From the NCBI GenBank assembly GCA_963719505.1, contig CAVRCF010000005.1, forward strand, positions 64,001 to 128,000: a stretch of 64,000 bases of DNA, read 5' to 3'. This DNA comes from Halobacteriovoraceae bacterium. Lineage in GTDB: Bacteria > Bdellovibrionota > Bacteriovoracia > Bacteriovoracales > Bacteriovoracaceae. A program made the position numbers and the translations under genes. Of the stretch, positions 9,997-19,423 are shown one piece after another (the stretch's first letter is position 1; the number at the start of each line of letters is the position of its first letter). Under the pieces are notes generated by a model that had not been told where the DNA came from, made no database searches, and was given only the letters and a program-made list of their open reading frames with translations.

Positions 9997-10905
9997 TTGG
10001 GAATAGACCAGATAACATTAAATTTCGATGCAAGATCCCTACAATTACTCAATATTGTTTTGGGGGTTGTGATGTTTGGAATTGCACTAAACTTTGAAAC
10101 CAGAGACTTAAAGCATGTCTTTCGCGCACCAAAGCCTTTTATCATAGGACTTTTATGTCAGTTTCTTTTGCTACCAGCTTTGGCGTTTGCAGTGATTAAT
10201 ATCTTTAGTCTAGCCCCAAGTATTGGACTTGGGTTACTTTTAGTCTCGACTAGTCCTGGTGGAAATCTATCCAATCTGTTCACGAGTATCTCTGGAGGAA
10301 ATGTGGCTTTGTCCGTTTCCATGTCAGGTGTCTCAACCATGTTATCTGTCATTATGACCCCCCTTAATTTAAGCTTTTGGGGGGGACTTAACCCCCACAC
10401 TTCGGCCCTTCTTAAAAGTATCTCTCTAGATCCTTTGAGTACCTTTGTGACTGTGGTCACCATTCTCATCATTCCTCTTATTCTTGGACTTTTGACTAAA
10501 ATGAAATTTCCAGCTCTCACGCAAAAGGTGATACCAAAATTTAATTTCATCTCCTTTCTCGCGTTTTTTATTTTCGCTTTTGTTGGATTTCTCAATAACT
10601 CTCAGTACTTCTTTTTGTTTATTGGGAAAGTTTTTTGGCCTGTGTTTTGGACAAATGTAGGAGCTTTGGGTCTTGCGATTTTGATTGCCTTGAACTTAGG
10701 ACTTTCTGTTAGAGATTCCAAGGCCATAGGTTTTGAAGTAGGAGTTCAAAATGCTGGGTTCGCTTTAATTTTAGTCTTTAATTTTTTTAATGGTTTGGGG
10801 GGAATGGCCGTCGTCGCAGCTTGGTGGGGAATATGGCATGTCATCTCCGGCGGATCATTAGCGTACTTTTTAAAAAGAAATAACTTATGGAGTAAAAATG
10901 GATAA
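9997..10905 (+). CDS. Bile acid:sodium symporter (BASS) family transporter
   Basis: VMFGIAL, PGGNLSN, GNVALSVSM, FEVGVQNAG; TTG start after AAGGA. Confidence 0.92.
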   Translation: MGIDQITLNFDARSLQLLNIVLGVVMFGIALNFETRDLKHVFRAPKPFIIGLLCQFLLLPALAFAVINIFSLAPSIGLGLLLVSTSPGGNLSNLFTSISGGNVALSVSMSGVSTMLSVIMTPLNLSFWGGLNPHTSALLKSISLDPLSTFVTVVTILIIPLILGLLTKMKFPALTQKVIPKFNFISFLAFFIFAFVGFLNNSQYFFLFIGKVFWPVFWTNVGALGLAILIALNLGLSVRDSKAIGFEVGVQNAGFALILVFNFFNGLGGMAVVAAWWGIWHVISGGSLAYFLKRNNLWSKNG

Positions 10906-11854
10906 GAAAGATGTTTTAATTACAGGTGCTGCGGGATTTGTGGGAACTCAGTTAGTAAAAGAACTCGCCGCAAATGATCAGTTTAGGCATGTCGTTGGTA
11001 TTGATATTGTGAAAGCGCAAAGTGTGGAAACTCAAAAGGGTTATATTTACTATCAAAAGGATATTCGAGAAGACCTAAGTGAAATAATGCAAAAGTATAA
11101 CTTTGATAGCGTTATTCACCTGGCCACTATTGTTTCCCCTAAAAAGGGAATGACTCGAGAGTTTCTCTACTCCGTAGACGTCCTAGGAACTGAAAATATT
11201 ATCGATAGCTGTATAAAGGCGAGTGTTAATCATATCGTTATTATCAGCTCTGGTGCAAGTTATGGCTACTACCATGATAACCCTCAGTGGCTGGCCGAAG
11301 GGGATAAACTCAGAGGTAACCCTGAGTTCGCATACTCTGATCATAAAAGAATCATTGAAGAAAAGCTTGCGGCTTTTAAAGAGTCCCATCCCGAACTTAA
11401 ACAAATTATTTTACGGCCTGGTACCATCCTTGGAAAGACTGTCGACAACCAGATCACAGATATGTTTCACAAGCCCATCGTTTGGGGAATCAAAGGCTCT
11501 GCGATTCCCTTCGTTTTTATTTGGGATGAAGATTTTATCTCGATTATTATTAAATCTGTTTTAGAAAAGAGAGAGGGCATTTTTAATATCGCAGGAGATG
11601 GAGTTGTCTCTTTAAAAGAAATTGCAAGGACGATGAAAAAACCTTACGTGCAACTACCTTACTCTTTAATGTTCGGTGCCATTTCTGCGCTTAAATTTTT
11701 CAAACTCACTCAGTATGGACCAGAGCAAATTGATTTTCTTCGCTACAGACCCGTGCTTATAAATACCGCTCTTAAAGAAGAACTTGGATACATCCCAAAA
11801 AAATCCTCAAAGGATTCATTTTTGAGTTATCTAGAAGCTAAAAATTTATCTTAA
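10898..11854 (+). CDS. Extended SDR / NAD-dependent epimerase-dehydratase
   Basis: ITGAAGFVG, HLA, YSDHK (YxxxK). Confidence 0.92.
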   Translation: MDKKDVLITGAAGFVGTQLVKELAANDQFRHVVGIDIVKAQSVETQKGYIYYQKDIREDLSEIMQKYNFDSVIHLATIVSPKKGMTREFLYSVDVLGTENIIDSCIKASVNHIVIISSGASYGYYHDNPQWLAEGDKLRGNPEFAYSDHKRIIEEKLAAFKESHPELKQIILRPGTILGKTVDNQITDMFHKPIVWGIKGSAIPFVFIWDEDFISIIIKSVLEKREGIFNIAGDGVVSLKEIARTMKKPYVQLPYSLMFGAISALKFFKLTQYGPEQIDFLRYRPVLINTALKEELGYIPKKSSKDSFLSYLEAKNLS

Positions 11855-11864
11855 AGGAATTATA

Positions 11865-13199
11865 ATGAATCATGTTATCAACTCACAGCTTATTCTTGCC
11901 TCATACGATAAACAGTATCCTCTTATAGAAAGTGGGAAGGGAATTTATTTATACGATAGAGAAGGACGAGACTATATTGATGCCTCTGGATGCACTGCTG
12001 CCGTTTCTTCAATCGGTCACGGAGTTGAACAGATTGCTGAGGCAATCGCTAAACAAGCAAAAAAACTTTGTGTCTATCCCACCCATCTTTTTTATAATGA
12101 GACTTTAGAACATTACCTTGAACAATTATGCTCTTTTGCACCTGAAGGATTTAATAAAGCCTGGACCATTAGTGGGGGAACAGAAGCTGTGGAAAATGCT
12201 ATTAAATTGGCTTTTCAATATCACCGCTCTAAAGGACAACAGCGAACAAAGGTTATTGGAAGATGGGGAAGTTATCACGGAAACTCCCTTTTAGCGCTTG
12301 ATATTGGTGGAATGAAAGTTCGCCGTGACTACTACACTGACTTAATGACAAATCATCTGCATGTTGATCCCTGTTTTTACTACCGAGCAGATTCTGAGCT
12401 TTCTGAAGTTGAGTATGAGGACCATTTAGTGAATCAATTTGAGCAGCTGGTTTTAGAACACAAAGATGATGTGATTTGTTTTATTGCAGAGCCGATTGTT
12501 GGAGCCGCTCTGGGAGCAGTGGAGCCTACAGCAAACTACTTTAAAAAACTTAGAAAGATTTGTGATAAATACGATGTTTTAATGGTTGCAGATGAGGTTA
12601 TGACGGGCTTTGGAAGAACCGGTAAAAACTTTGGAAGCCAACATTTTGACTATGAGCCGGATATCTTGGCCTGTGCTAAAGGAATAACATCTGGCTATAT
12701 GCCTGTGGGAGCTGTCATTGCTCACGATAGAGTCGTGGAGACTATAAGACAGAGTAATCAACCCTTCTTTAGTGGTCAAACTTATAGTTGCACACCCATT
12801 GCTGCAGCAACTGGACAAGCCGTTTTAAATTATTTAATGGAACATAATTTAGTCGAAAATACCTCTCATATTGGCGAGTATCTCAAGGGCAAGTTTGACA
12901 CCCTTAGAGAGATTCCCTGCGTAGGAGATGTAAGAGGTCGAGGATTATTTTTAGGATTAGAATTTGTCAAAGATCAAAAGACCAAAGAGTGTTTTGACCC
13001 TCAACTAAATTTTGCCAAAAAGCTTGAAGCCACTTGTTTAAAAAATGGACTCGTGACCTATGCTGGAAGAGGAACAGTTGATCTCTCTATGGGCGATCAT
13101 ATGCTTTTCTCTCCTCCTTTAACGCTTACTAAAAATGAAGCTGATATTCTTTTTGAACGCTTAAAAAAATCACTGATACAAACATACAATGAAATCTAA
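11865..13199 (+). CDS. Class III PLP aminotransferase
   Basis: SGGTEAVE, SYHG, ADEVMTGFGRTG, AKGITSGY. Confidence 0.95.
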   Translation: MNHVINSQLILASYDKQYPLIESGKGIYLYDREGRDYIDASGCTAAVSSIGHGVEQIAEAIAKQAKKLCVYPTHLFYNETLEHYLEQLCSFAPEGFNKAWTISGGTEAVENAIKLAFQYHRSKGQQRTKVIGRWGSYHGNSLLALDIGGMKVRRDYYTDLMTNHLHVDPCFYYRADSELSEVEYEDHLVNQFEQLVLEHKDDVICFIAEPIVGAALGAVEPTANYFKKLRKICDKYDVLMVADEVMTGFGRTGKNFGSQHFDYEPDILACAKGITSGYMPVGAVIAHDRVVETIRQSNQPFFSGQTYSCTPIAAATGQAVLNYLMEHNLVENTSHIGEYLKGKFDTLREIPCVGDVRGRGLFLGLEFVKDQKTKECFDPQLNFAKKLEATCLKNGLVTYAGRGTVDLSMGDHMLFSPPLTLTKNEADILFERLKKSLIQTYNEI

Positions 13200-13212
13200 C
13201 CAAGAGGTGAAT

Positions 13213-14505
13213 ATGATAGATAAATCAAAGAAGTACTTAGTTATTGGAGCGGGGCCTGCTGGACTAGCAGCCGCTCGAAATCTTCAAAAAGAAAATATTG
13301 ATTTTGAAGGGTTGGATTTAGCCGACGGCGTAGGTGGATTATGGAATATTAAAAGTCCAAGAAGCACAATGTATAATTCTGCTCACCTTATTTCCTCAAA
13401 GCGAATGACTGAGTTTAAAGAATTTCCAATGGATGATGACGTGGCAGACTATCCTCATCACAGTGATGTCTTACGATACTTTGAATCCTATGCGAAAAAA
13501 TTTGATCTGGAAAAATTCTACCGCTTCGGTGTTTCCGTTGAAAAGATGGACAAGGTGGATGGTCTTTGGCAGGTAAAAACCAGTGATGGGGAAGAAGCTC
13601 TTTTTAAAGGAGTTATCATCTGTGTGGGAACACTTTCTGAACCCAATATTGTAAACTACCCAGGTCAGTTTGATGGGGAAGTTATTCATTCTGCAAACTA
13701 TAAAGACCCTTCAATTTTTAGAGATAAAAAGGTTCTCATCGTGGGAGCTGGTAATAGTGGCTGTGATATAGTCGTCGATGCCGTTCATCACGCTAAGAAA
13801 TCTGACCTCTCTGTAAGACGCGGTTATCACTTTGTTCCAAAATTTATATTTGGAAGGCCCGCAGACACTTTGGGACAAAAGCAATCTTTTCTTCCCCATA
13901 GAATTAAAAAAAGTATCAATAAAGTTTTCGTGAAGATGCTTACTGGTAAACCTCAACAATTTGGTTTTCCAACTCCTGATCACGATCTTTTTGAAAGTCA
14001 TCCGATTGTGAATAGTCTTGTGCTCCATCATATCGGTCATGGTGATATAAAGGTTCGCTCAAATATTGAAAAATTAGAGGGTAAATTCGTGCATTTCAAA
14101 GATGGTTCAAAAGGTGAGTACGATCTTATTGTCAATGCCACGGGCTATAAGGTGCATTTTCCTTTTGTTGATAAGAAGTATTTAAACTGGGAAGGATATG
14201 TCCCTGAACTTTATTTAAATATTTTTCACCCAGAAGATGATTCCCTCATGATCCTTGGAATGGTCGAGGCCATCGGAATCGGCTGGCAAGGTCGTCACGA
14301 TATGGGCAGTCTTGTTGCAAAGTACTTAAAGGCAAAAGATAAAGAAACAATGGCCTTTAAATCCTTTAAAAAAAGAAGACATGAAAACAATGTGAATCTT
14401 GCAGGACCTGTGAATTATTTAAAACTGAATCGCATGGCTTACTATGTGCATAAAGATACTTATTTAAATATTGTCCATAAAGAGATTAATGCTTTGAGTG
14501 TGTGA
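13213..14505 (+). CDS. Flavin-containing monooxygenase
   Basis: GAGPAG, FDGEVIHSANYK (FMO motif), GAGNSG, ATGY; start set at ATG 13213 after GAGG. Confidence 0.95.
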   Translation: MIDKSKKYLVIGAGPAGLAAARNLQKENIDFEGLDLADGVGGLWNIKSPRSTMYNSAHLISSKRMTEFKEFPMDDDVADYPHHSDVLRYFESYAKKFDLEKFYRFGVSVEKMDKVDGLWQVKTSDGEEALFKGVIICVGTLSEPNIVNYPGQFDGEVIHSANYKDPSIFRDKKVLIVGAGNSGCDIVVDAVHHAKKSDLSVRRGYHFVPKFIFGRPADTLGQKQSFLPHRIKKSINKVFVKMLTGKPQQFGFPTPDHDLFESHPIVNSLVLHHIGHGDIKVRSNIEKLEGKFVHFKDGSKGEYDLIVNATGYKVHFPFVDKKYLNWEGYVPELYLNIFHPEDDSLMILGMVEAIGIGWQGRHDMGSLVAKYLKAKDKETMAFKSFKKRRHENNVNLAGPVNYLKLNRMAYYVHKDTYLNIVHKEINALSV

Positions 14506-14520
14506 ATTTGATTTCAAACT

Positions 14521-14566
14521 AAGCTTGAGGGGCATTTTTTAATTTGTCTCTTGAGCTTTTATTTTT
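14521..14566 (+). terminator. Intrinsic terminator of the SDR-FMO operon
   Basis: AAGCTTGAGGGGCA (14521-14534) pairs with TGTCTCTTGAGCTT (14545-14558) using G-U pairs; a T-rich tail follows. Confidence 0.65.
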
Positions 14567-14595
14567 AGTTGAAAATAGGTTAGTTTGTAAAAAAA

Positions 14596-14640
14596 TGGTA
14601 GTGAGAGGCAGATTTGAACTGCCGACCTTCGGGATATGAA
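14596..14640 (-). repeat. att site copy 1: 3' 45 nt of a tRNA with CAT anticodon
   Basis: Reverse complement TTCATATCCCGAAGGTCGGCAGTTCAAATCTGCCTCTCACTACCA has the anticodon loop, T-arm and CCA but no 5' half; identical to 21578-21622. Confidence 0.9.
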
Positions 14641-14757
14641 ACCTGTGAGGTGTATTTGCTAAACACTTTAAATGACTAGAGAAACTTAATAATAACAATA
14701 GTCTAGCTTCTTTTTGACTTCGCTTTATTTCGGTATTTTTCGTATCAATTTGTATGG

Positions 14758-14778
14758 CCGTAACACACCCGTAACACA
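14758..14778. repeat. Tandem direct repeat CCGTAACACA x2, candidate integrase arm-type sites
   Basis: 11-bp period, about 120 bp inside att copy 1. Confidence 0.55.
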
Positions 14779-14908
14779 TGATTTAAAAATTTGACCCTCG
14801 TCATGAAGTTTAGGAGGTCATTTACTTAAAAAAATATTATTGCTAGATATAAATATGTTCGTGTCATAGTTAGTAAGTTTCACAAAAACAATACTTTCAG
14901 TAGTAAAT

Positions 14909-15370
14909 TTAATATTTTTCAAAAATGATCTCATAAGCTTCTTCTGGTGTAAGTTTCTTGTTTATGGTTTTTGATATTGCTCCATCCACTTCAGATAATA
15001 GCATTAAAGAATTGAGATCTATTTTTGAAACCTTTCCATCAGATTTGATCTTAACAATTCCATTTTTTAAACTTATATTATTTATTTCTGCTATATTAAC
15101 TTTAAATTCTTTTAAACGTAATCCAAGACCAATTCTTTCTTTTTGAGTTAGCGTACTTTGAGAAACTGTAATTTCCTTTAGCTTAGTCCAAGGTAAATAG
15201 ATTAGATATATTGTTATAGATCCAATAAATATCATGACGAATGGATTTATATCGTCTCTTCCATCTATTAAGTAGATCTCAAAGATGAATAACAGCATAA
15301 AAAATGTAGAGTAAATTTTACTTCTTATACTTACTAAATTTCTAAAAATGACTTCTTTCTCTACCAGCAT
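14909..15370 (-). CDS. Membrane protein, possible orphan immunity protein
   Basis: Two TM segments then a soluble domain; start set to ATG 15370 because the longer ORF begins inside the IS. Confidence 0.65.
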   Translation of the reverse strand: MLVEKEVIFRNLVSIRSKIYSTFFMLLFIFEIYLIDGRDDINPFVMIFIGSITIYLIYLPWTKLKEITVSQSTLTQKERIGLGLRLKEFKVNIAEINNISLKNGIVKIKSDGKVSKIDLNSLMLLSEVDGAISKTINKKLTPEEAYEIIFEKY

Positions 15371-15431
15371 TAAAATTCTGTTTGTAACCCCCTTTTCAAG
15401 TAGACACTTTTCCAACCAATAAGGGGAAGTT

Positions 15432-15764
15432 ATGACGACTACTAAGTCACCGAAAAAACGTAAGCATTTTAGCAAAGAACAAAAATGTGCTATCTTAGCA
15501 GAGTACTTTGATCAAAAGAATTCAATGATCAGTATTGCCACAAAACATGGCATACACCCAGTAACTCTAGCTCAATGGAAAAGACAGATGTCAGACAAAA
15601 ATCCAAAGATGAATCATTCTCAATCAGAGCTAATTTCAGAAAATGAAAAGCAAAAAGAAGAAATCCGAAGACTCAAAAAGATTGTCGGGGACCTTTCTTT
15701 AGAAAAAGAAATTCTGAATGAAGCGGTAGAGATCTTTAAAAAAAATCCCAAAAAAGAAAAGTAG
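15432..15764 (+). CDS. IS3 transposase OrfA
   Basis: HTH (IATKHGIHPVTLAQWKR) plus a leucine-zipper-like coil. Confidence 0.9.
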   Translation: MTTTKSPKKRKHFSKEQKCAILAEYFDQKNSMISIATKHGIHPVTLAQWKRQMSDKNPKMNHSQSELISENEKQKEEIRRLKKIVGDLSLEKEILNEAVEIFKKNPKKEK

Positions 15765-16612
15765 AAGCTGCCAAAGAAATCGTTAAGTTAAAACGATTCA
15801 AGGTAAGTCTCGTCTGTAGATATTTAAAAGTATCAAGGGCAGCTTTTTATAAAAAATCAAAAGGCTTAGAAATGAAAAGATATAGGAAAAAAGATGATGC
15901 TGAAATATTAGAATCCATAAAGGAGTTAAAAGAGAAACGCCCAACGTACGGATATAAGAGGATTACAGCGATGCTTAATAGAGAAAGAGTTCTTCATAAC
16001 AAAGCGATTGTTAATCGCAAAAGAATATATAGGGTTATGGATATGAACGATTTATTGTTTAAAAAATATCCATCAAGAAAAAAGCATCCTGGAACTGGAA
16101 AGGTAATGACTCTTCATTCAAATACTCGTTGGTGCTCTGATGGATTTGAGCTTCAGTGCTTTAACGGAGAAAAAGTTTACGTTGCTTTCAGCTTAGATTG
16201 TAAGGACAGGGAAGCAATAAGTTTTGTGGCCAAAGATCGACCACTTCAAGCAACAGATATTCGAGATTTGATGAGCGAGTCAGTCTTAAATAGATTTAAG
16301 GATGTTGAGACGCCACATAAAATTCAATGGCTAACAGATAGAGGAACAATTTATCGAGCAAACATCACACGTAATGCGGCCAGAGACTTAGGGCTTCTGA
16401 CATGTTATACAGCTCCATATAGCCCTTCTTCAAATGGAATGGCAGAATCTTTCGTTCACACTATCAAAAGAGATTATGCTTATCTCGCAGACTGTAAGGA
16501 TGCTGAAACAGTTTTAAAAATGTTGCCAGAGTGGTTTGCGGATTATAATGAAATAGCACCACATTCAGCATTAAAGATGATGAGTCCACTCCAGTACCGG
16601 AGTGCTAATTAA
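15740..16612 (+). CDS. IS3 transposase OrfB (reached by -1 frameshift)
   Basis: The -1 frame is open from 15740 (VCRYLKVSRAAFY); YGYKRI, WCSD, TDRG, NGMAESF DDE motifs; A8 run at 15738-15745. Confidence 0.92.
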   Translation, partial: KKSQKRKVEAAKEIVKLKRFKVSLVCRYLKVSRAAFYKKSKGLEMKRYRKKDDAEILESIKELKEKRPTYGYKRITAMLNRERVLHNKAIVNRKRIYRVMDMNDLLFKKYPSRKKHPGTGKVMTLHSNTRWCSDGFELQCFNGEKVYVAFSLDCKDREAISFVAKDRPLQATDIRDLMSESVLNRFKDVETPHKIQWLTDRGTIYRANITRNAARDLGLLTCYTAPYSPSSNGMAESFVHTIKRDYAYLADCKDAETVLKMLPEWFADYNEIAPHSALKMMSPLQYRSAN

Positions 16613-16743
16613 AGTGTCTACTGAATTGGGGGCCAAAGCAATTTCTTAATCAAGGTAAACCCAAGGGAGTACGCTGTATTATGACCGAACTAAAGTCAAG
16701 ATCATACTGAAATCAAGGTGCAAGAAAATTTCAAGTTTTTTAT

Positions 16744-16905
16744 CTATTCCATTGTGTAAAACTGTTTAATAATAAGTCCGATACCTACAATCATAAGTAT
16801 CCCCATTCCTTTGCCACCATAAGGAGTCCTTTCAGGATTTTTTTTAAAATAATTAAAATAGAAGATTGAAATAGCAATGAAAACAATTCCAACAGTTAAA
16901 TACAT
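16744..16905 (-). CDS. 53-aa two-TM protein, candidate immunity partner of RHS cassette 3 (not in ORF track)
   Basis: MYLTVGIVFIAISIFYFNYFKKNPERTPYGGKGMGILMIVGIGLIIKQFYTME; RBS AAGGAAG; lies directly after the cassette stop. Confidence 0.7.
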   Translation of the reverse strand: MYLTVGIVFIAISIFYFNYFKKNPERTPYGGKGMGILMIVGIGLIIKQFYTME

Positions 16906-16917
16906 AAAACTTCCTTT

Positions 16918-17442
16918 TTAACGTGGAGAACATGAGTTTGTTGGGTTAACGACTTTATTAGGTATGAATCCACCAGGGTCTAAAGGAGTAAAGTTAGGTT
17001 CTCCAAATGGATGAGGCGGCTTGTCAGCATCTGCTCCATTTGTATTTGGGTCAAGAATACCTAACAGGTTGCCTCCAATTATACCCCCAGCAAATACTCC
17101 AGCTGGGTTTCCTCCTGACATTATACCACCAATTGCTCCACCAGTAACTGAACCAATAACTTCAAATGTTCCAAAATTTGTTGTTCCTTCTACGATAACC
17201 TCAACAGCAACAATCCCGACTTTTCCAGCATTTAAACCTTGAGGATCTTTAAAACTTTGTGGATTATTTTCAACATACCTGTAAAGATTAGTATCCCCAC
17301 CTGCAAACCCAATCGGATCAGCAGAGAGGAACCGGCCTATCCCAGGGTCGTAATATCTAGCTCTATAATAATACAGATGTGATTCTGAATCAAACTCACG
17401 ACCAGAAAATCCAAGGATATTACTAACTTGTGTCTCTTTAAT
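16918..17442 (-). pseudogene. Orphan RHS C-terminal cassette 3 (no upstream start; glycine-zipper-like tip)
   Basis: Open frame IKETQVSNILGFSGREFDSESHLYYYRARYYDPGIGRFLSADPIGFAGGDTNLYRYVENNPQSFKDPQG followed by a 105-aa tip. Confidence 0.9.
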
Positions 17443-17531
17443 TTATCTGTGTCAAACTGATCCTGTGCAGAGTATTGAAAAAGTCTATCGTATATAAACT
17501 TTTAGATAATTAAAATCTTATTTATCTCTTG

Positions 17532-17834
17532 TTATAGGTCCTCAAATTTCTCCCCACAACTCATGCACTTAAAATCATCCTTCAAAATAAATGGAGGAAT
17601 AAACCGATTCCGACAAATTGGACATTTTAATGTTCTTACTTTGTACAATACAAAGAAATGAAAAATTGACAGAACTATAACAACTACAGGGAGTAAGACT
17701 TTCCAGTCAATAAGATAATAGGTTTTATAAATTTTAATTAAAACAATTAGTGATAGGACCCCAGCCCATTTATATGGGCTGAAACTTCTCTTTAAGTTAT
17801 AGTAGAATCGAATTTTTTTTAATTCATCTTTCAT
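17532..17834 (-). CDS. Two-TM protein with C-terminal CxxC..CxxC, candidate immunity partner of cassette 2
   Basis: Position downstream of the RHS tip; TM segments; CPIC...CMSC. Confidence 0.75.
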   Translation of the reverse strand: MKDELKKIRFYYNLKRSFSPYKWAGVLSLIVLIKIYKTYYLIDWKVLLPVVVIVLSIFHFFVLYKVRTLKCPICRNRFIPPFILKDDFKCMSCGEKFEDL

Positions 17835-17860
17835 AGTGCCTCTTTAAATAAAAGTACAGC

Positions 17861-18370
17861 TCAACGATTGTCACAACTTCTTTTGGGTTCTGGATCTTTT
17901 TTAGGTTGTGTCTCACAACTTTGCCTAGTAGGATCACATTTTGGTACCGTTGGTATCTTTGGTTTAGGTTTAGGTTTAGGTTCAGGTTTCGGTTTGGTAA
18001 TGTTAGAAACGTCCTCAAGACATCCTTCGTACGCAAGGCAAATAACAAAAGCGCCATTAAAGATCTCAACTGCAGTTACTATTAAGTCTGCAACGATTGG
18101 GAGTAATGGGATACTCCCAGATGGATCTTTTGCTACTATCGCTCTGTTTTGCACGTATCTATAAAAGTTGGAGTCGCCACCGCCGAATCCAATAGGATCC
18201 TCAGAAATGAACCTACCTAACTTCGAATCATAATACCTAGCTCTATAGTAATACAGATGTGACTCTGAATCAAACTCTCGAGCTGTAAATCCAAAGATAT
18301 TACCTACTTGAGACTCTTCAATTTGAACGCCACTGCCATCATAAATTCTCATTTCTCCGAAGGCTGAGTA
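17861..18370 (-). pseudogene. Orphan RHS C-terminal cassette 2
   Basis: Homology starts at YSAFGEMR right after the preceding stop; RHS-associated core ends at DPSG; 84-aa tip with a KP repeat. Confidence 0.9.
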
Positions 18371-18859
18371 CTACTTTTTTAGGTCTTCGAGGCTTCTGTC
18401 ATCAAATATCAAATTTTTATTACAAACAATCTGATTGATAAGTAGAGTGATAAAGTAGCAATAAACTATTATTTTTTGAAATGTTGAAATGTGAGATGTT
18501 TTAGCAAGATTATAGTTAAGATGATTCCAGAGTATGTATTCTAGCGGGATAAAAGCAATTGCCACTATGTAAGTGATGGTGATAACTCTAGTTGAATTTA
18601 TTAGAATTAATTTAAAATTGACAAGAAATATATTCTTTTTTGAAACAATGCTTCCGTATACAATAAGCCCTAGAATAATAGTACCTAGTATGCCGGTGAT
18701 AATTAGTAGTACTCTGGGGTCTGAAGATTTATAAAACGTGGTCGGTAAAATATATAGCACAGTGTAGACGTGTGCTGCTAATAATACAGCACACATTATA
18801 AGCAACTTTTTCGAAAAAAAGTTGTTTTGATTATAAAAAAAGAGCTTAAATTTGTTCAT
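18371..18859 (-). CDS. Four-TM protein, candidate immunity partner of cassette 1
   Basis: Starts 5 bp after the cassette 1 stop; four hydrophobic segments. Confidence 0.75.
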   Translation of the reverse strand: MNKFKLFFYNQNNFFSKKLLIMCAVLLAAHVYTVLYILPTTFYKSSDPRVLLIITGILGTIILGLIVYGSIVSKKNIFLVNFKLILINSTRVITITYIVAIAFIPLEYILWNHLNYNLAKTSHISTFQKIIVYCYFITLLINQIVCNKNLIFDDRSLEDLKK

Positions 18860-18864
18860 TCATC

Positions 18865-19423
18865 TCACCTTATCAATGGACAGCTTCTAATTATGTTGTC
18901 AACACTTGAGTCATCATCCTCGTCGTCAAAAGTAACATCGTCGGCATCATCTGGGTCATTTTCTGCGCATTTACTAGGATTAATTTGGCAGTATGCGTAC
19001 TGTTTTATAGCATCTATAACATCTGAAATGCCAAAATTTCCAGAGGGATCTGTGTAAGTTAATGGTCTGTTTTTTACATATCTGTAGACATTTAAGTCTT
19101 TTCCATCAAATCCAGTAGGATCCTCAGAAATAAACCTTCCTAACTTAGCATCATAATACCTAGCCCTATAATAATACAGATGTGACTCTGAATCAAACTC
19201 ACGACCAGTGAATCCAAAGATATTACCTACTTGAGACTCTTGGATTTCAGTACCTGTGCCATCAAAAATTCTCATTTCTCCGAATGCTGAGTAAGCGTAT
19301 TGCTCAATGAGTGTCCCGTCTTTTTTAGTAATGGCAACTATACTTCCAAGTTGATCAGCATGAAGGTAGTAGGTGACACCATTTGTTTCCATCATCACAG
19401 GTTCATCAATTTGATCTGTGTAA
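18865..19423 (-). pseudogene. RHS C-terminal cassette 1, interrupted upstream by IS1380
   Basis: YLHADQLGS, YSAFGE, YYYRARYYD, EDPTG, DPSG; the frame continues as KYYYT on the far side of the IS (21441-21455). Confidence 0.9.

Larger units (their letters stand above)
15379..16640 (+). mobile_element. IS3-family insertion sequence (IS2-like ends)
   Basis: Terminal IRs TG...CCCCC...AGTAGACACTTT at both ends; orfA/orfB layout; flanks AATTC/ATTTC are only an imperfect duplication, and the left end is uncertain by a few bp. Confidence 0.9.

Noticed and set aside
14519-14779. ORFs 14519-14779 and 21551-21742, and intact tRNA genes at the repeats
   Set aside because: The ORFs just read through the tRNA-derived att repeats. 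Both repeats lack the tRNA 5' half (D-arm and 5' acceptor strand), so they are not functional tRNAs.
15371-15475. N-terminal extension of ORF 14909-15475
   Set aside because: It lies in the IS3 left end; the plausible start is ATG 15370.
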